DNA from: an uncultured Chloroflexia bacterium
GTDB lineage: Bacteria; Chloroflexota; Anaerolineae; Aggregatilineales; UBA3940
Length of the DNA stretch: 64,000 nucleotides
Assembly (NCBI GenBank): GCA_963787375.1
Contig: CAWBCR010000031.1
Coordinates: 215,706-279,705 of the forward strand
Direction: 5' to 3'
Each line of letters starts with the position of its first letter. The stretch's first letter is position 1. The translations under genes and the position numbers were made by a program. Shown piece after piece: positions 10,122 to 18,947 of the stretch. The notes beneath the pieces are model-generated. The model worked only from the letters and a program-made list of their open reading frames with translations. It searched no databases and was not told where the DNA came from.

Positions 10122-10789
10122 TGGAGCTTCTCCCGGCGCGGCGGGCGCTCCGGGTCTTCGCCGGTCAGCAGCTTGAGCGCGTGGCGCACGCCCTCGCGAT
10201 AGTCCGGGTCGGGGCCCTCGCCCCACCAGCGGCGCAGCCAGTCGACCAGCGGCGGGTAGGCGTCGTGCTCGTTGATGCCCATCATCACATAGCGCAGCGT
10301 CTCGGTAAAGTCGGTGGCGAACGGCCCCACCCACTTCCAGCCGCCCCACCAGGCCATCGTGTCCAGCGGGGCCAGGTCGGGGTTGCAGAACATGTGGCAC
10401 ACCCGCTCGGCGCGCGCCACGCGGGCGGGCAGGTCGTCGAGCGTGGCAGCGAACGGCCCCAGGTCGATAGGGCCCCCCGCAGTCGGGTCGACAATACTGC
10501 CGCCGCTGCGCAGCGCGGTCAGGTAGGCGGCCAGCCGGACGGTTTCCTCGTTCCCGCCGGTGATTTCGAACACGCGCGGCGCGCCCTCTTCGACGATCTC
10601 CAGCAGGTCGAACTCGTCACCGGTCTCGCGGTTGTGCACGTACAGAATCGACCAGTCACGGTCGGTAGGGCGCTGGCAGTTACCGTCCGAGTCGTAGTTG
10701 ACCTCGCCCCACACGAAGTAGGGGTACTCGGCGAAATAGGGCAGCTTGCCGCTGCCGGTCTGCACCAGCAGTATGGCCGATCCGTCCAT
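10118..10789 (-). CDS. hypothetical cytoplasmic protein (Trp-rich, no family recognised)
   Basis: ATG at 10789 follows GAGGGGGAATGAC. Balanced composition, unlike the Arg/Gly-rich + strand ORF 10100..12577 that overlaps it. Confidence 0.6.
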   Translation of the reverse strand: MDGSAILLVQTGSGKLPYFAEYPYFVWGEVNYDSDGNCQRPTDRDWSILYVHNRETGDEFDLLEIVEEGAPRVFEITGGNEETVRLAAYLTALRSGGSIVDPTAGGPIDLGPFAATLDDLPARVARAERVCHMFCNPDLAPLDTMAWWGGWKWVGPFATDFTETLRYVMMGINEHDAYPPLVDWLRRWWGEGPDPDYREGVRHALKLLTGEDPERPPRREKLQ

Positions 10790-10810
10790 GTCATTCCCCC
10801 TCATAGTGCG

Positions 10811-11674
10811 TCAGGCCGCCTCTTCCTGCGCCCGCCAGCCGATCAGCCGTTCGAGCCGGCTGAGGATCGCAGGCACCAGCCATTTGAGCAGCAGCAGCAC
10901 TCGCCAGAAGGCGAGGGCCGCCATACCGTGCGCCAGCACCGCGAACAGCGGCGGCTGCTGGAGCGTGTAGTACGTCCAGCACAGGCGCGTCGTGCCCCAC
11001 AGCTCCAGAAAGTAGCCCAGCCCCGACCCGGCGATAAACGTCAGCGAGGCGGCACGATAGTCTTTCGGCGTGGCGATCAGCAGCGCGACCAGGATGATCG
11101 ACACCACGGTCAGCGACTTGCCGCGCGTGGGCCACACGAACATCAGCAGCAGCGTCGAGAACGCGGCGAACATCGGCCAGTACACCCAGCGAAACACCTT
11201 CGCGTCGAAGCGCTCCGGCACGGCGCGCTGCAAAATCCGCACGATGCGGTCGATGGCCAGCGTGGCCACCGGCCAGGCCGGGATGATCCACAGCGGCGGG
11301 CGCTCGGCGGTGTAGTAGGTCCACAGCAGCGTCTGCGTCCCCCAGCTTTCGATGACCAGCCCGCCGAGCGTCGCCACGAACACGATGGGCAGGTCATACT
11401 TGAGGTTGGCTCCGGCCATCAGCAGCAGCGACATCACGGCGAAGACGCCGATCAGCAGCCAGTCGACCTTGATCCACCACTTGCCCGACCAGTCGGCCTG
11501 GCGCAGGTAGTCGAGCGCCAGCGGCCACCAGAAGTACAGGATCAGCCCGACGATCAGCGTGAAAGCGCCCATCAGGTAGGTGCTGTGACGCGTCCAGTGC
11601 AGCAGGCCACCGAGACGGCGCACGGCGGCGATCAGGGGGTTGGAGTGTTGGGCCTGTCGTTGCATGGGAGTCAT
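10811..11674 (-). CDS. polytopic membrane protein with an internal duplication
   Basis: Two homologous halves: 'ESWGTQTLLWTYYTAERPPLWIIPAWPVATLAIDRIVRIL' and 'ELWGTTRLCWTYYTLQQPPLFAVLAHGMAALAFWRVLLLL'. The start could be 11692 (TTG), 11674 or 11665. Confidence 0.6.
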   Translation of the reverse strand: MTPMQRQAQHSNPLIAAVRRLGGLLHWTRHSTYLMGAFTLIVGLILYFWWPLALDYLRQADWSGKWWIKVDWLLIGVFAVMSLLLMAGANLKYDLPIVFVATLGGLVIESWGTQTLLWTYYTAERPPLWIIPAWPVATLAIDRIVRILQRAVPERFDAKVFRWVYWPMFAAFSTLLLMFVWPTRGKSLTVVSIILVALLIATPKDYRAASLTFIAGSGLGYFLELWGTTRLCWTYYTLQQPPLFAVLAHGMAALAFWRVLLLLKWLVPAILSRLERLIGWRAQEEAA

Positions 11675-11719
11675 TCTACAACGGGCAGGCAATTAGGACC
11701 AAACCGGGCGGGAGAGGCT

Positions 11720-12613
11720 TCAGGCGGGCCCGCCAGCGGCGAGGTGCGCTTTGAAGAACCCGATCACGCGCTGCGTGTAGGCCTCCGGGTCGAGGTCATG
11801 CGCCTCACGGTGGCCGGCCCCCTCAACGCGCCACAGCTCTTTGGGCTCGCCGAGCGCGGCAAAGATGGCGTCCTGGTCGGCGAGCGGCACAAAGGGGTCG
11901 TCGCTGCCATGCACCAGCAGCACCGGGCGCGGCGCGATCTGGCCGGCGGTGGGCAGCGGGCTGGCCTGGCTCAGGTCGAGGCCGCCCAGCCGCAGCGCGA
12001 TCAGGCGCATGGCCAGCCAGGTCACCGGCTGAACGCGGATTTCCGTGTCGCCACGCAGGTAGCTGTTCAACGCGTGGTCGAGGCCGACGTAGCCGCCATC
12101 GCAGACAACGCAGGCCACCCGCTTATCCTGGGCGGCGGCGCGCAAGGCGACCGCCCCACCCATCGAGAAGCCCATCAGGCCGACATGGCCTACGCCGCGC
12201 GCCTGGAGGAAATCGAGCGCCCCCAGCAGGTCGTCGAGTTCGCGGACGCCCAGCGTCCCGCGCGAGCCGTCGCTGATGCCGTGCGCGCGCCAATCGAACT
12301 GGAGCACGTCAAAGCCGGCGGCGACGAAATCGGGGACCCGGTCCGTGTCGCCGTCCATGCTGCCGAACATCCCGGCGCAGAAGACGACAGTGGGGCGGCG
12401 GCCCGGCTCGCCGGTGAGCCAGCCCCCCAGCGCGATGCCATCGCGACTGGTGAAGGTGACATGCTCGAAGGGCAGGCCCAGCGCGTTGGGCGGGCAGGGT
12501 GGGTCGGGTTTGCGGCGGCGGACGATGTAGCCCGAGGCCAGCCAGGCGGCGATGAGCAGCAGGGCGGCAGCGGCTGACAGGACGCCGAGGACAAAGGAGA
12601 GTGCAGGTGGCAT
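11720..12613 (-). CDS. membrane-anchored alpha/beta hydrolase
   Basis: ATG at 12613 follows AGGAGGATCCCCCC. N-terminal TM helix. Nucleophile elbow 'GFSMGG'. Late Asp and His residues in 'HGSDDPFV' and 'GAGHRE'. Confidence 0.8.
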   Translation of the reverse strand: MPPALSFVLGVLSAAAALLLIAAWLASGYIVRRRKPDPPCPPNALGLPFEHVTFTSRDGIALGGWLTGEPGRRPTVVFCAGMFGSMDGDTDRVPDFVAAGFDVLQFDWRAHGISDGSRGTLGVRELDDLLGALDFLQARGVGHVGLMGFSMGGAVALRAAAQDKRVACVVCDGGYVGLDHALNSYLRGDTEIRVQPVTWLAMRLIALRLGGLDLSQASPLPTAGQIAPRPVLLVHGSDDPFVPLADQDAIFAALGEPKELWRVEGAGHREAHDLDPEAYTQRVIGFFKAHLAAGGPA

Positions 12614-12676
12614 GGGGGGATCCTCCTGGGGAGGATCATAACCGCACACAGTGGGCTGCGCCAGAAGAGGCGGAAC

Positions 12677-12780
12677 CCTCACCCCCGGCCCCTCTCCCGG
12701 GCGCGACCTGCGGTCGCTGGGAGAGGGGAATCAGACCGCGCGGCGACGGCAACGCGAAGGGGCGCACGTGCGTGCGCCCC
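12677..12780. repeat. intergenic G/C-rich palindromic repeat cluster
   Basis: cctcaccccc (12677). Inverted pair cccctctccc (12689) / gggagagggg (12719). Perfect 22-nt palindrome ggggcgcacgtgcgtgcgcccc (12759..12780). Confidence 0.6.
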
Positions 12781-12933
12781 TCGATCTATCCACGGGTATT
12801 CGATTGGGCTTACGGGTTCAGATAGGTATTGACGAAATCCAGGGCCTCCTGACGGTCCATGCGGAACACGCCGCCGGTGCCGCAGATCGCGGCGGAGCGT
12901 GGTGTAGCCGCTTGCCGCATCACGGCCCCAGCG

Positions 12934-12942
12934 TGCTATACT
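12934..12942 (+). promoter_or_regulatory. candidate extended -10 (TGcTATACT), 9 nt before the ATG at 12952
   Basis: Read directly. The spacing implies a leaderless or near-leaderless mRNA. Confidence 0.35.
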
Positions 12943-12951
12943 ACAGGCATT

Positions 12952-13951
12952 ATGAGCCACGGCATCCCCATCAGCCGCCTCCGGGCGGGAACCGCAGATC
13001 GGCGGGGAGCAGTCCGCCGCAACGCACCTCAGCGGCTACGAGCCGCTGCTGGGCGGGATCCGGCGCGCCGGGGCCGACCTCGAACGGGTGCAGGCGCTGC
13101 TCAACGCCGAGAGCGACGCCGAGCGCGAGCGCATCCTCGAATTCGTGACGAACCTGGGGCAGGCGCAGGTGTACGCCGCGGAGCTGGCGCAGGTGGTCCC
13201 GGCGCGGGCGCGGCACCGGGTCGGCAACTGGCGCGGGACGTTCACGCCCGGCCAGCGCATCCGCGCGATTGCGGCGCTGGGGCTGATCGGCAGCTACGAG
13301 TCGGTCGTGCCGCTGGTCGAGACGCTGGCCGACGACATCAGCGGGGTGCGGCTGGCCGCTGCCGAGGCGCTGCGGGCCATCTGCTGCCGCTTCGACCCGG
13401 ACGAGCGCCGCACGCAGATCGCGACCCGCGCGCTGATCGACTCGCTGCGCGTGCTGCCGCTGAGCGGTCGGAAGGTGGTGGCGGGTATCCTGGCCGAGTC
13501 GGAGCCGGAGCTGGTGCTGGGTCCGCTGCTGCAAAACGCGCTCAACGCCGACGAGTGGTGGGCGCGGCGCGAGGCGGCGTGGGTGCTGGGCACGCTCGGT
13601 GACCGGCGGGCGACGCGGCGGCTGGTCGACACGCTGCACGACCCATCGACGGCGGTGCGGGTGTCGGCGGCGTGGGCGCTGGGCCGGCTCGACGCGCCGG
13701 TGGCGGTCGGGCCGCTGCTGGAAACGTCAGAGGATGCGGACGAGGTGGTGCGGGCGGCGGCACTGGAGGCGCTGGGCGCGCAGGCGGCGCGCCTCTCGGC
13801 GCTGGACGCGGGGCTGCGCCCGGCGCTGGACCGCATCACGAACGCGCTCGACGACAGCGACCTCTCGGTGCGGCACGCGGCGGTCGAGGCGCTGGCGGGG
13901 ATCAACACGCTGGAGGCGCGCCGGCGGCTGCAGGATTTTTTGGCGCGGTAG
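12952..13951 (+). CDS. HEAT-repeat (PBS-lyase-type) protein; N-terminus uncertain (ATG 12952 plus one frameshift, or GTG 13088)
   Basis: Repeats 'VRLAAAEALRAI', 'WWARREAAWVLGTLGDRRATRRLVDTLHDPSTAVRVSAAWALGRL', 'VRAAALEALG', 'VRHAAVEALAGI'. The frame of 13088 is open and protein-like back to 12956 but holds no start codon. Confidence 0.7.
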
Positions 13952-13996
13952 GGAACCGGGCGCGAGCACCTGCCGCAGCGGACTGCCGTGTATATC

Positions 13997-14356
13997 TTAC
14001 CGGGCCGGGGCGTAGCCGATGCACAGCACAATGGCTGCTGCGATCTCATCCATCTGGTCATCTGTGAGCACGCCTAGCCTGCGCTGAAACCGGTTCAGTG
14101 ACAGCGATTTAACCTGGAACGCATCCGCTGCCGATTCCTTTGCCAGCCCATTCTCTGGCGTGGGGGCCAGATTGACCATCCAGAAATAGCGGGCAAACTG
14201 CGGCTGCCAGCTCGTGATGGGCACCACAATGTGCAGCCGTATCCGCCCCACGCTGTGCGCGGTCATCACGACAGCCGGGCGGATTTTCCGGATCTCATCG
14301 CCCTCGCTCGGATCAAAACGGATTTCCCATACCTCACCCCGGCTGGCGTCAGGCAT
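13997..14356 (-). CDS. MazF/PemK-family toxin (endoribonuclease)
   Basis: ATG at 14356 (MPDASRGEVWEIRFDPSEGDEIRKIRPAVVM..). 8-nt overlap with the upstream small gene. Confidence 0.75.
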   Translation of the reverse strand: MPDASRGEVWEIRFDPSEGDEIRKIRPAVVMTAHSVGRIRLHIVVPITSWQPQFARYFWMVNLAPTPENGLAKESAADAFQVKSLSLNRFQRRLGVLTDDQMDEIAAAIVLCIGYAPAR

Positions 14357-14600
14357 CCAGGTCTTCCTCGCTGTAAGCTTCAAAGACCTCGAAATCCTCA
14401 TCCGCTGCCGCCTCAAAGGCAGCGGTCACCAGGCGTGAACGCTCCTCCGGAGGCAGCCGGAGCAGATCGCGCGCCGTGCGGGCCGGTGTCTGCTGGAGCG
14501 CGGTCACAAAGTCCAGCACCCGGCGCTTCTGGGCCTCGTCCAGCCTATGAAGCTGCTCGACGATCTGTTGCTCAACCGGAACGCTTGCCATCACTGCCAT
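14349..14600 (-). CDS. putative antitoxin of the MazF/PemK toxin
   Basis: 83-aa acidic-tailed protein immediately upstream of, and overlapping, the toxin start. A TATAAT-containing motif lies about 50 nt upstream. Confidence 0.55.
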   Translation of the reverse strand: MAVMASVPVEQQIVEQLHRLDEAQKRRVLDFVTALQQTPARTARDLLRLPPEERSRLVTAAFEAAADEDFEVFEAYSEEDLDA

Positions 14601-14688
14601 CCTTTCACAAATCCATTTCCCTCACCCTGATTTTATCTCGGTTATCATCCCCATTATACGCATAAGTACCGGGTGAGACCGGGGATCG

Positions 14689-16012
14689 CTACCCCTCCGC
14701 GACCGGCTCCACAGGGGCCGGCTGCCGCACGTCGAGCGGGGTGGATGACTCGTCCACCGGCGGGGCGGGCCTCTCGGTGGGGTCGGTGATGAGCCGCACC
14801 TTGCGCTCGAACAGCAGGTAGTCGTAGGCCCAGCTAATCAGCACGACCAGCCGGTTGCGGAAGTCGATCAGCTCGAACAGGTGCAGGCCCAGCCAGGCCA
14901 GCCAGGCCGGGAAGCCGGTGAGGTGCACGCCGAAGACGGTCGCCACGGCTGCGCCGCGCCCGATGACCGACATCGTGCCCCTGTCGAAGTAGCGGAAGGG
15001 CGGCAGCGAGTCCTTACCCTTCTCGCGGGCGAGGATGTGCCGCGCGGCGTAGCGTCCCTGCTGCATGGCGACCGGGGCCATCTGCGGCAGCGGGCGACCA
15101 TCTTGCGCCACGTAGGCCATGTCACCGATGGCGTACACCTCCGGGTGGCCGCCCAGCGTGAGGTCGGGCTCCACGTCGACCTGCCCGCCGTGCTCGCGCG
15201 GCACGTCGAGCGCATCAGACAGCGCCGAGGCGCGCACGCCCGCCGCCCACATCACCATGTAGCTGGGGATCGTTGTGCCGTCGTCGAGCAGGACGCGGTC
15301 CGCTTCGGCGCTGCGGATGCCGTGGCCCAGGATCACGTCGACGCCCATCTTGCGCAGCCGGGCCAGCGCGTAACGCTGGAGCCGGACCGGGAACGCGCCG
15401 AGCAGCCGGTCGAGCTTCTCGACCAGCACGATGCGCGTCTCGTCGAGCGCGATCTCGCGGGTGGTCCTTGACCAGCACGCCGCGCACCAACTCAGCCAGC
15501 GCGCCGACGAACTCGACGCCGGTGGGGCCGCCGCCGGCGATGACGAAGGTCAGCAGCGCGCGGCGCACGTCGGGATCGGCCTCGGTCGAGGCGCGCTCGA
15601 AGGCGCTCAGGATGCGGTTGCGCAGCCGGGCGGCGTCGTCGAGGCCCTTGACGACGTAGCTGTGCCGCTCGACGCTGTCCATGCCGAAGAAGTTGGTGGT
15701 GGCCCCGGCGGCCAGGATCAGGTAATCGTAGCGCAGCGCGCCGGAGTCGGTCTGCACCTCGCGGCGGTCAAAGTCGACGCCGGTGACGCCCGCCATGCGG
15801 AAGGTGACGTTCGGCCAGTGGCGCACGGCGGCGCGCACCGGGTGGGCAATCGACTCCAGCTCGACGCTGGCGGTCGCGACCTGATACAGCAGCGGCTGGA
15901 ACAGGTGGTAGTTGTTGCGGTCGACGAGCCACACGTCGAGGCCCTTGTTGCGCAATTCCCTGGCAGCCCGCAGCCCGCCAAACCCCGCCCCCACGATCAC
16001 CACGCGCTTCAT
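14689..16012 (-). CDS. ndh: type II NADH dehydrogenase (NDH-2); apparent frameshift near 15458
   Basis: AGGAGG before the ATG at 16012. 'VVIVGAGFGGL' and 'VIAGGGPTGVEF' dinucleotide folds are in ORF 15215..16030. The C-terminal half ('GDMAYV..PQMAPVAMQQG') is in ORF 14689..15429. Confidence 0.85.
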
Positions 16013-16148
16013 CGAAGCCTCCTGCAACACTAGAGAAATATTTCACAATCTAGATACATTATATACTAATTAGATGAGATTTGTCAAGATGGAGCGGGGC
16101 AGACATCGCGGGTGTAGGTTGCTGAGTGAGGGATACCAAGAAGGGTAG

Positions 16149-17255
16149 CTAGGGCACCCATGCCATCATAGCCACACTATCGATCTCCATTAATCCTCGC
16201 GTCAAATTGACCAGCGAGTTATCCGCAAGCGACAGAATCCATACGTCCCTGCCGTCTGAAAACGCGATTTCATTGCCATCGGGAGACCAGACAGGACATT
16301 GAAGGATCTCGAGATCGACATTGAACTCCAGCGAAGTAAGCAGCATCAGTTCTGTTGGGGAATACTCCCTGACTACACGTCCTTGAAGGTCGATAATGCG
16401 CAAGGTTCGAACGTAGCTCACTGCATCCAGGTACTCGCCGACTATCTCTTCACTATCCGGTGACCAAGAGAACTTGCCGTCAATCCGGTCGGCAAGTGGA
16501 CGGAAGTTCTCTGCAGAGCAGATGTGAGACTCGGCGCTACAGGTTACGTCCAAGAGGAACAGGGAATCAGAATTCGCGTTCAGCGCAAGGTGCTTCCCAT
16601 CGGGAGACCAATCGACATTCTCAAAACCGGGTTCAACAATCTGCTGTGGATGCCTGAATTCAGGAGGGATGAGAGACTCCGAGACGACACCTGTCTCAAG
16701 ATTCACGACTTCTAGGAACTGCCCATCACGAATATACGCTATGAACTCTCCATCGGGCGACCAACTCGGCGACCGGACAAAATCACCGGCTTCGATAACC
16801 TGGATGACATTGCCAGCTAAATCCAGTATGGCGATGCCTTTTTCGGTCGCAAAGGCGACAAGCCTGTTGATCGGAGAGACCGATGGGTCGTAGTAGTAAG
16901 GTTTTCCTGTGGTGAGCGTTTCAACGCTTGAGCCATCAACACAAATCAGATAGTAACCAAAATCCGTCGTGCCGCCCGTAATCGGCTCACCCCCTACCAG
17001 GATGCGGGTTTGGGTACATGCGTGATATGGCGTAGGCGTCGGGCGAGGGATCTCGGTAGAGGTAGGAGAGGGTTCTGGGGCTGCTGTTACGGTATTGTGG
17101 GTCTCCGTCGGTGTGGGTGACGGGGGATTCGATGTTTCTTCAACACATGCGACCAGATATATCGCCAGCAACAAGGCACTTGCAGAAACCATAGACGCCT
17201 TCAAAATAGCGGATGGTGTGGCTGCGCTTTTGAGTGCTCGAACCCAGTTACCCAT
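16149..17255 (-). CDS. TolB-like beta-propeller (PD40 'WSPDG' repeats) lipoprotein or secreted protein, in a lower-G+C patch
   Basis: Signal or lipobox-like 'SALLLAIYLVAC'. Repeated 'SWSPDGEF', 'DWSPDGKH', 'SWSPDSEE', 'VWSPDGNE'. Confidence 0.65.
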   Translation of the reverse strand: MGNWVRALKSAATPSAILKASMVSASALLLAIYLVACVEETSNPPSPTPTETHNTVTAAPEPSPTSTEIPRPTPTPYHACTQTRILVGGEPITGGTTDFGYYLICVDGSSVETLTTGKPYYYDPSVSPINRLVAFATEKGIAILDLAGNVIQVIEAGDFVRSPSWSPDGEFIAYIRDGQFLEVVNLETGVVSESLIPPEFRHPQQIVEPGFENVDWSPDGKHLALNANSDSLFLLDVTCSAESHICSAENFRPLADRIDGKFSWSPDSEEIVGEYLDAVSYVRTLRIIDLQGRVVREYSPTELMLLTSLEFNVDLEILQCPVWSPDGNEIAFSDGRDVWILSLADNSLVNLTRGLMEIDSVAMMAWVP

Positions 17256-17478
17256 TGCCTGCCCTCTGGAGAATAAGTCGGATATTCTTTGGTTCCGGGA
17301 GGCATCCCCATTATACGCGCAGGTCATGAGTAGGGCCGGGCGCTAGCCCGACGGAACGAGGCGACCCTCAGCGACACGTCAGCATCGCGCGTGTGGGGGC
17401 GGGGGTGAAGGTTTCCTGCTGAAAACGATAACCCCACGACCGGTCGGCCCGCCCAATTCTGCCAGATCGCGCGGCGTC

Positions 17479-17487
17479 TGCTATAAT
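17479..17487 (+). promoter_or_regulatory. extended -10 (TGcTATAAT), 7 nt before the ATG at 17495; predicts a leaderless mRNA
   Basis: Read directly. No SD sequence fits between the box and the ATG. Confidence 0.4.
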
Positions 17488-17494
17488 CTGCCGC

Positions 17495-18163
17495 ATGCTC
17501 GCCAACCTCCTCGCCACCCTCTGGGCCCGCTTCCCGCTCGCGCTGCTGTTGGCGCGGCTGGTCGTCGCCCCGATCAGTTTCATGCTGCACGAGCTGGCGC
17601 ACGGGCTGGTCGCCACCCTGCTGGGCGACCCCACCCCGCGCGAGTCGGGCCGCCTGACGCTCAACCCGTTCCGGCACCTGGAGGGCATCGGCATCATCGG
17701 CGGGGTGCTGAGCGGCGTTGGCTGGAGCCGCCCCACGCCGATCCGCCCGCACCGGATGTGGCTCCCCGGCGCGATAGGCGGGCTGCTGGCCGTGGCGGCG
17801 GGCCTGCTGGCCAGCCTGGGGATCGTGCTGGGCGGGCAGGCGGCGCTCACCGCGCTGCACCTCAAGCCGACGATCCCGTGGGCAGGCTGGCCTACCGCCG
17901 TCGATTTCCTCACCGTGGCGGTGCGCTTCAACCTGACGCTGGCGCTGCTCAACCTGCTGCCGCTGTTCCCGCTCGACATGTACACCGCGATCCGCTTCCT
18001 GCTGCCGCTGCGCGCCGCCTTCTGGTGGGAGCGCGCCTCCGGCTTGATGACGACCGTGCTGGGCGTCGGGCTGGGGCTGCTGCTGATGCTGCCCGCGCCG
18101 GTGCTGGTGGCGGCGCTGGGGCCACCGGTGCAGGCGGGAATCCACACGCTGCTGGGCTGGTAG
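17495..18163 (+). CDS. M50-family (site-2-protease-like) membrane metalloprotease
   Basis: 'HELAHG' and 'NLLPLFPLD' motifs. Multiple TM helices. Confidence 0.75.
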   Translation: MLANLLATLWARFPLALLLARLVVAPISFMLHELAHGLVATLLGDPTPRESGRLTLNPFRHLEGIGIIGGVLSGVGWSRPTPIRPHRMWLPGAIGGLLAVAAGLLASLGIVLGGQAALTALHLKPTIPWAGWPTAVDFLTVAVRFNLTLALLNLLPLFPLDMYTAIRFLLPLRAAFWWERASGLMTTVLGVGLGLLLMLPAPVLVAALGPPVQAGIHTLLGW

Positions 18164-18246
18164 TCCACTTCGGCCATCTTTTACCGTTCGGGCCTGAAAA
18201 GCGTGTACACTCTGAGCCGAGGGAACACACCTTGAGGAGGGGGAAT

Positions 18247-18891
18247 ATGAACGCAAAACGCTGGATGATTCGATGCGCGGGGGCGCTGGCGGGCCTGATT
18301 CTGGCCGCGTGCGGCGCGTCGGGGCCCGCCGTGCAGGCCACACCGACCAACACGCCAGCCGCGCCGGTGTCGCAGGCGACGCTGCCGCTGGGCGAAGCGA
18401 CGATCCCATCGGTGGAAAGCGGCAGCGGGCCCACTGTCGCGCCGACGCCCGACTGGAACAGCGTGCTGCCCATGTACCAGCTTGTCGTGGGCGACCAGAC
18501 CATCGACGGCATACGCGGCGGCTTCTGCTGGCCGATTGCGCCGGAAGGCAGCGAGGCGGCGCGCGTGTACTGCACCGACATTATGCTGCCGCCGATCCAG
18601 ACCTACACGCCGCTGCCCGCCGGCGAGCCGATCAAGATCAGGCTGTCCGGTGAGCCGCTGCCGGAGACGGTGACGATCAGCCTGCAGGTGGGCGAGATAC
18701 AGGCCGTCGTCGACCAGATCTACATCGAGTCACCGCAAAACCCGGACATCGCCTGGACGTACAACGACAAGCCGGGCAGATACACGCTGGTGGTGTACGC
18801 CAAGTGGGCGTCGCAGGGCTCCGACCTGGCCTACTATTACGGCGTCGAGGTGCCCGCGGGCAGCAGCGGCACAGCCACCCCTACCCCGTAG
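18247..18891 (+). CDS. lipoprotein, function unknown
   Basis: GAGGAGGGGGAAT before the ATG at 18247. Lipobox 'LILAAC'. This is the tail of track ORF 17758..18891. Confidence 0.6.
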   Translation: MNAKRWMIRCAGALAGLILAACGASGPAVQATPTNTPAAPVSQATLPLGEATIPSVESGSGPTVAPTPDWNSVLPMYQLVVGDQTIDGIRGGFCWPIAPEGSEAARVYCTDIMLPPIQTYTPLPAGEPIKIRLSGEPLPETVTISLQVGEIQAVVDQIYIESPQNPDIAWTYNDKPGRYTLVVYAKWASQGSDLAYYYGVEVPAGSSGTATPTP

Positions 18892-18904
18892 CCCGCTCAC
18901 AGCG

Positions 18905-18936
18905 CAGGAGCCGCCCCATACCGCCGGCGGCTCCTG
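18905..18936. terminator. hairpin between convergent genes (caggagccgcc..ggcggctcctg)
   Basis: 11-bp perfect stem followed by ttgatt. Confidence 0.45.
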
Positions 18937-18947
18937 TTGATTCCTGC

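Noticed and set aside
10100-12577. Very long + strand ORF (825 aa). Similar giants are in the track, e.g. 23347..24906 +, 18804..20159 +, 47858..49036 +, 42920..44215 +, 17324..18409 -.
   Set aside because: They run antisense or out of frame across genes with clear family motifs and good RBSs. Their translations are Arg/Gly/Ala/Pro/His-rich low-complexity strings, typical of stop-poor alternative frames in high-G+C DNA.
12677-12780. CRISPR array built from the G/C-rich palindromic repeats here and at 24888, 35318, 55909, 61453 and 63924.
   Set aside because: The copies are scattered singly across intergenic gaps. They are not tandem or regularly spaced, and no cas genes are present.
12810-12932. 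Short minus-strand ORF ending '..AAICGTGGVFRMDRQEALDFVNTYLNP*' between the hydrolase and the HEAT gene.
   Set aside because: It has about 37 codons from a GTG/ATG with no RBS, and the upstream frame is closed by a TAG. It may be the 3' remnant of a lost gene, but that is too short to call.
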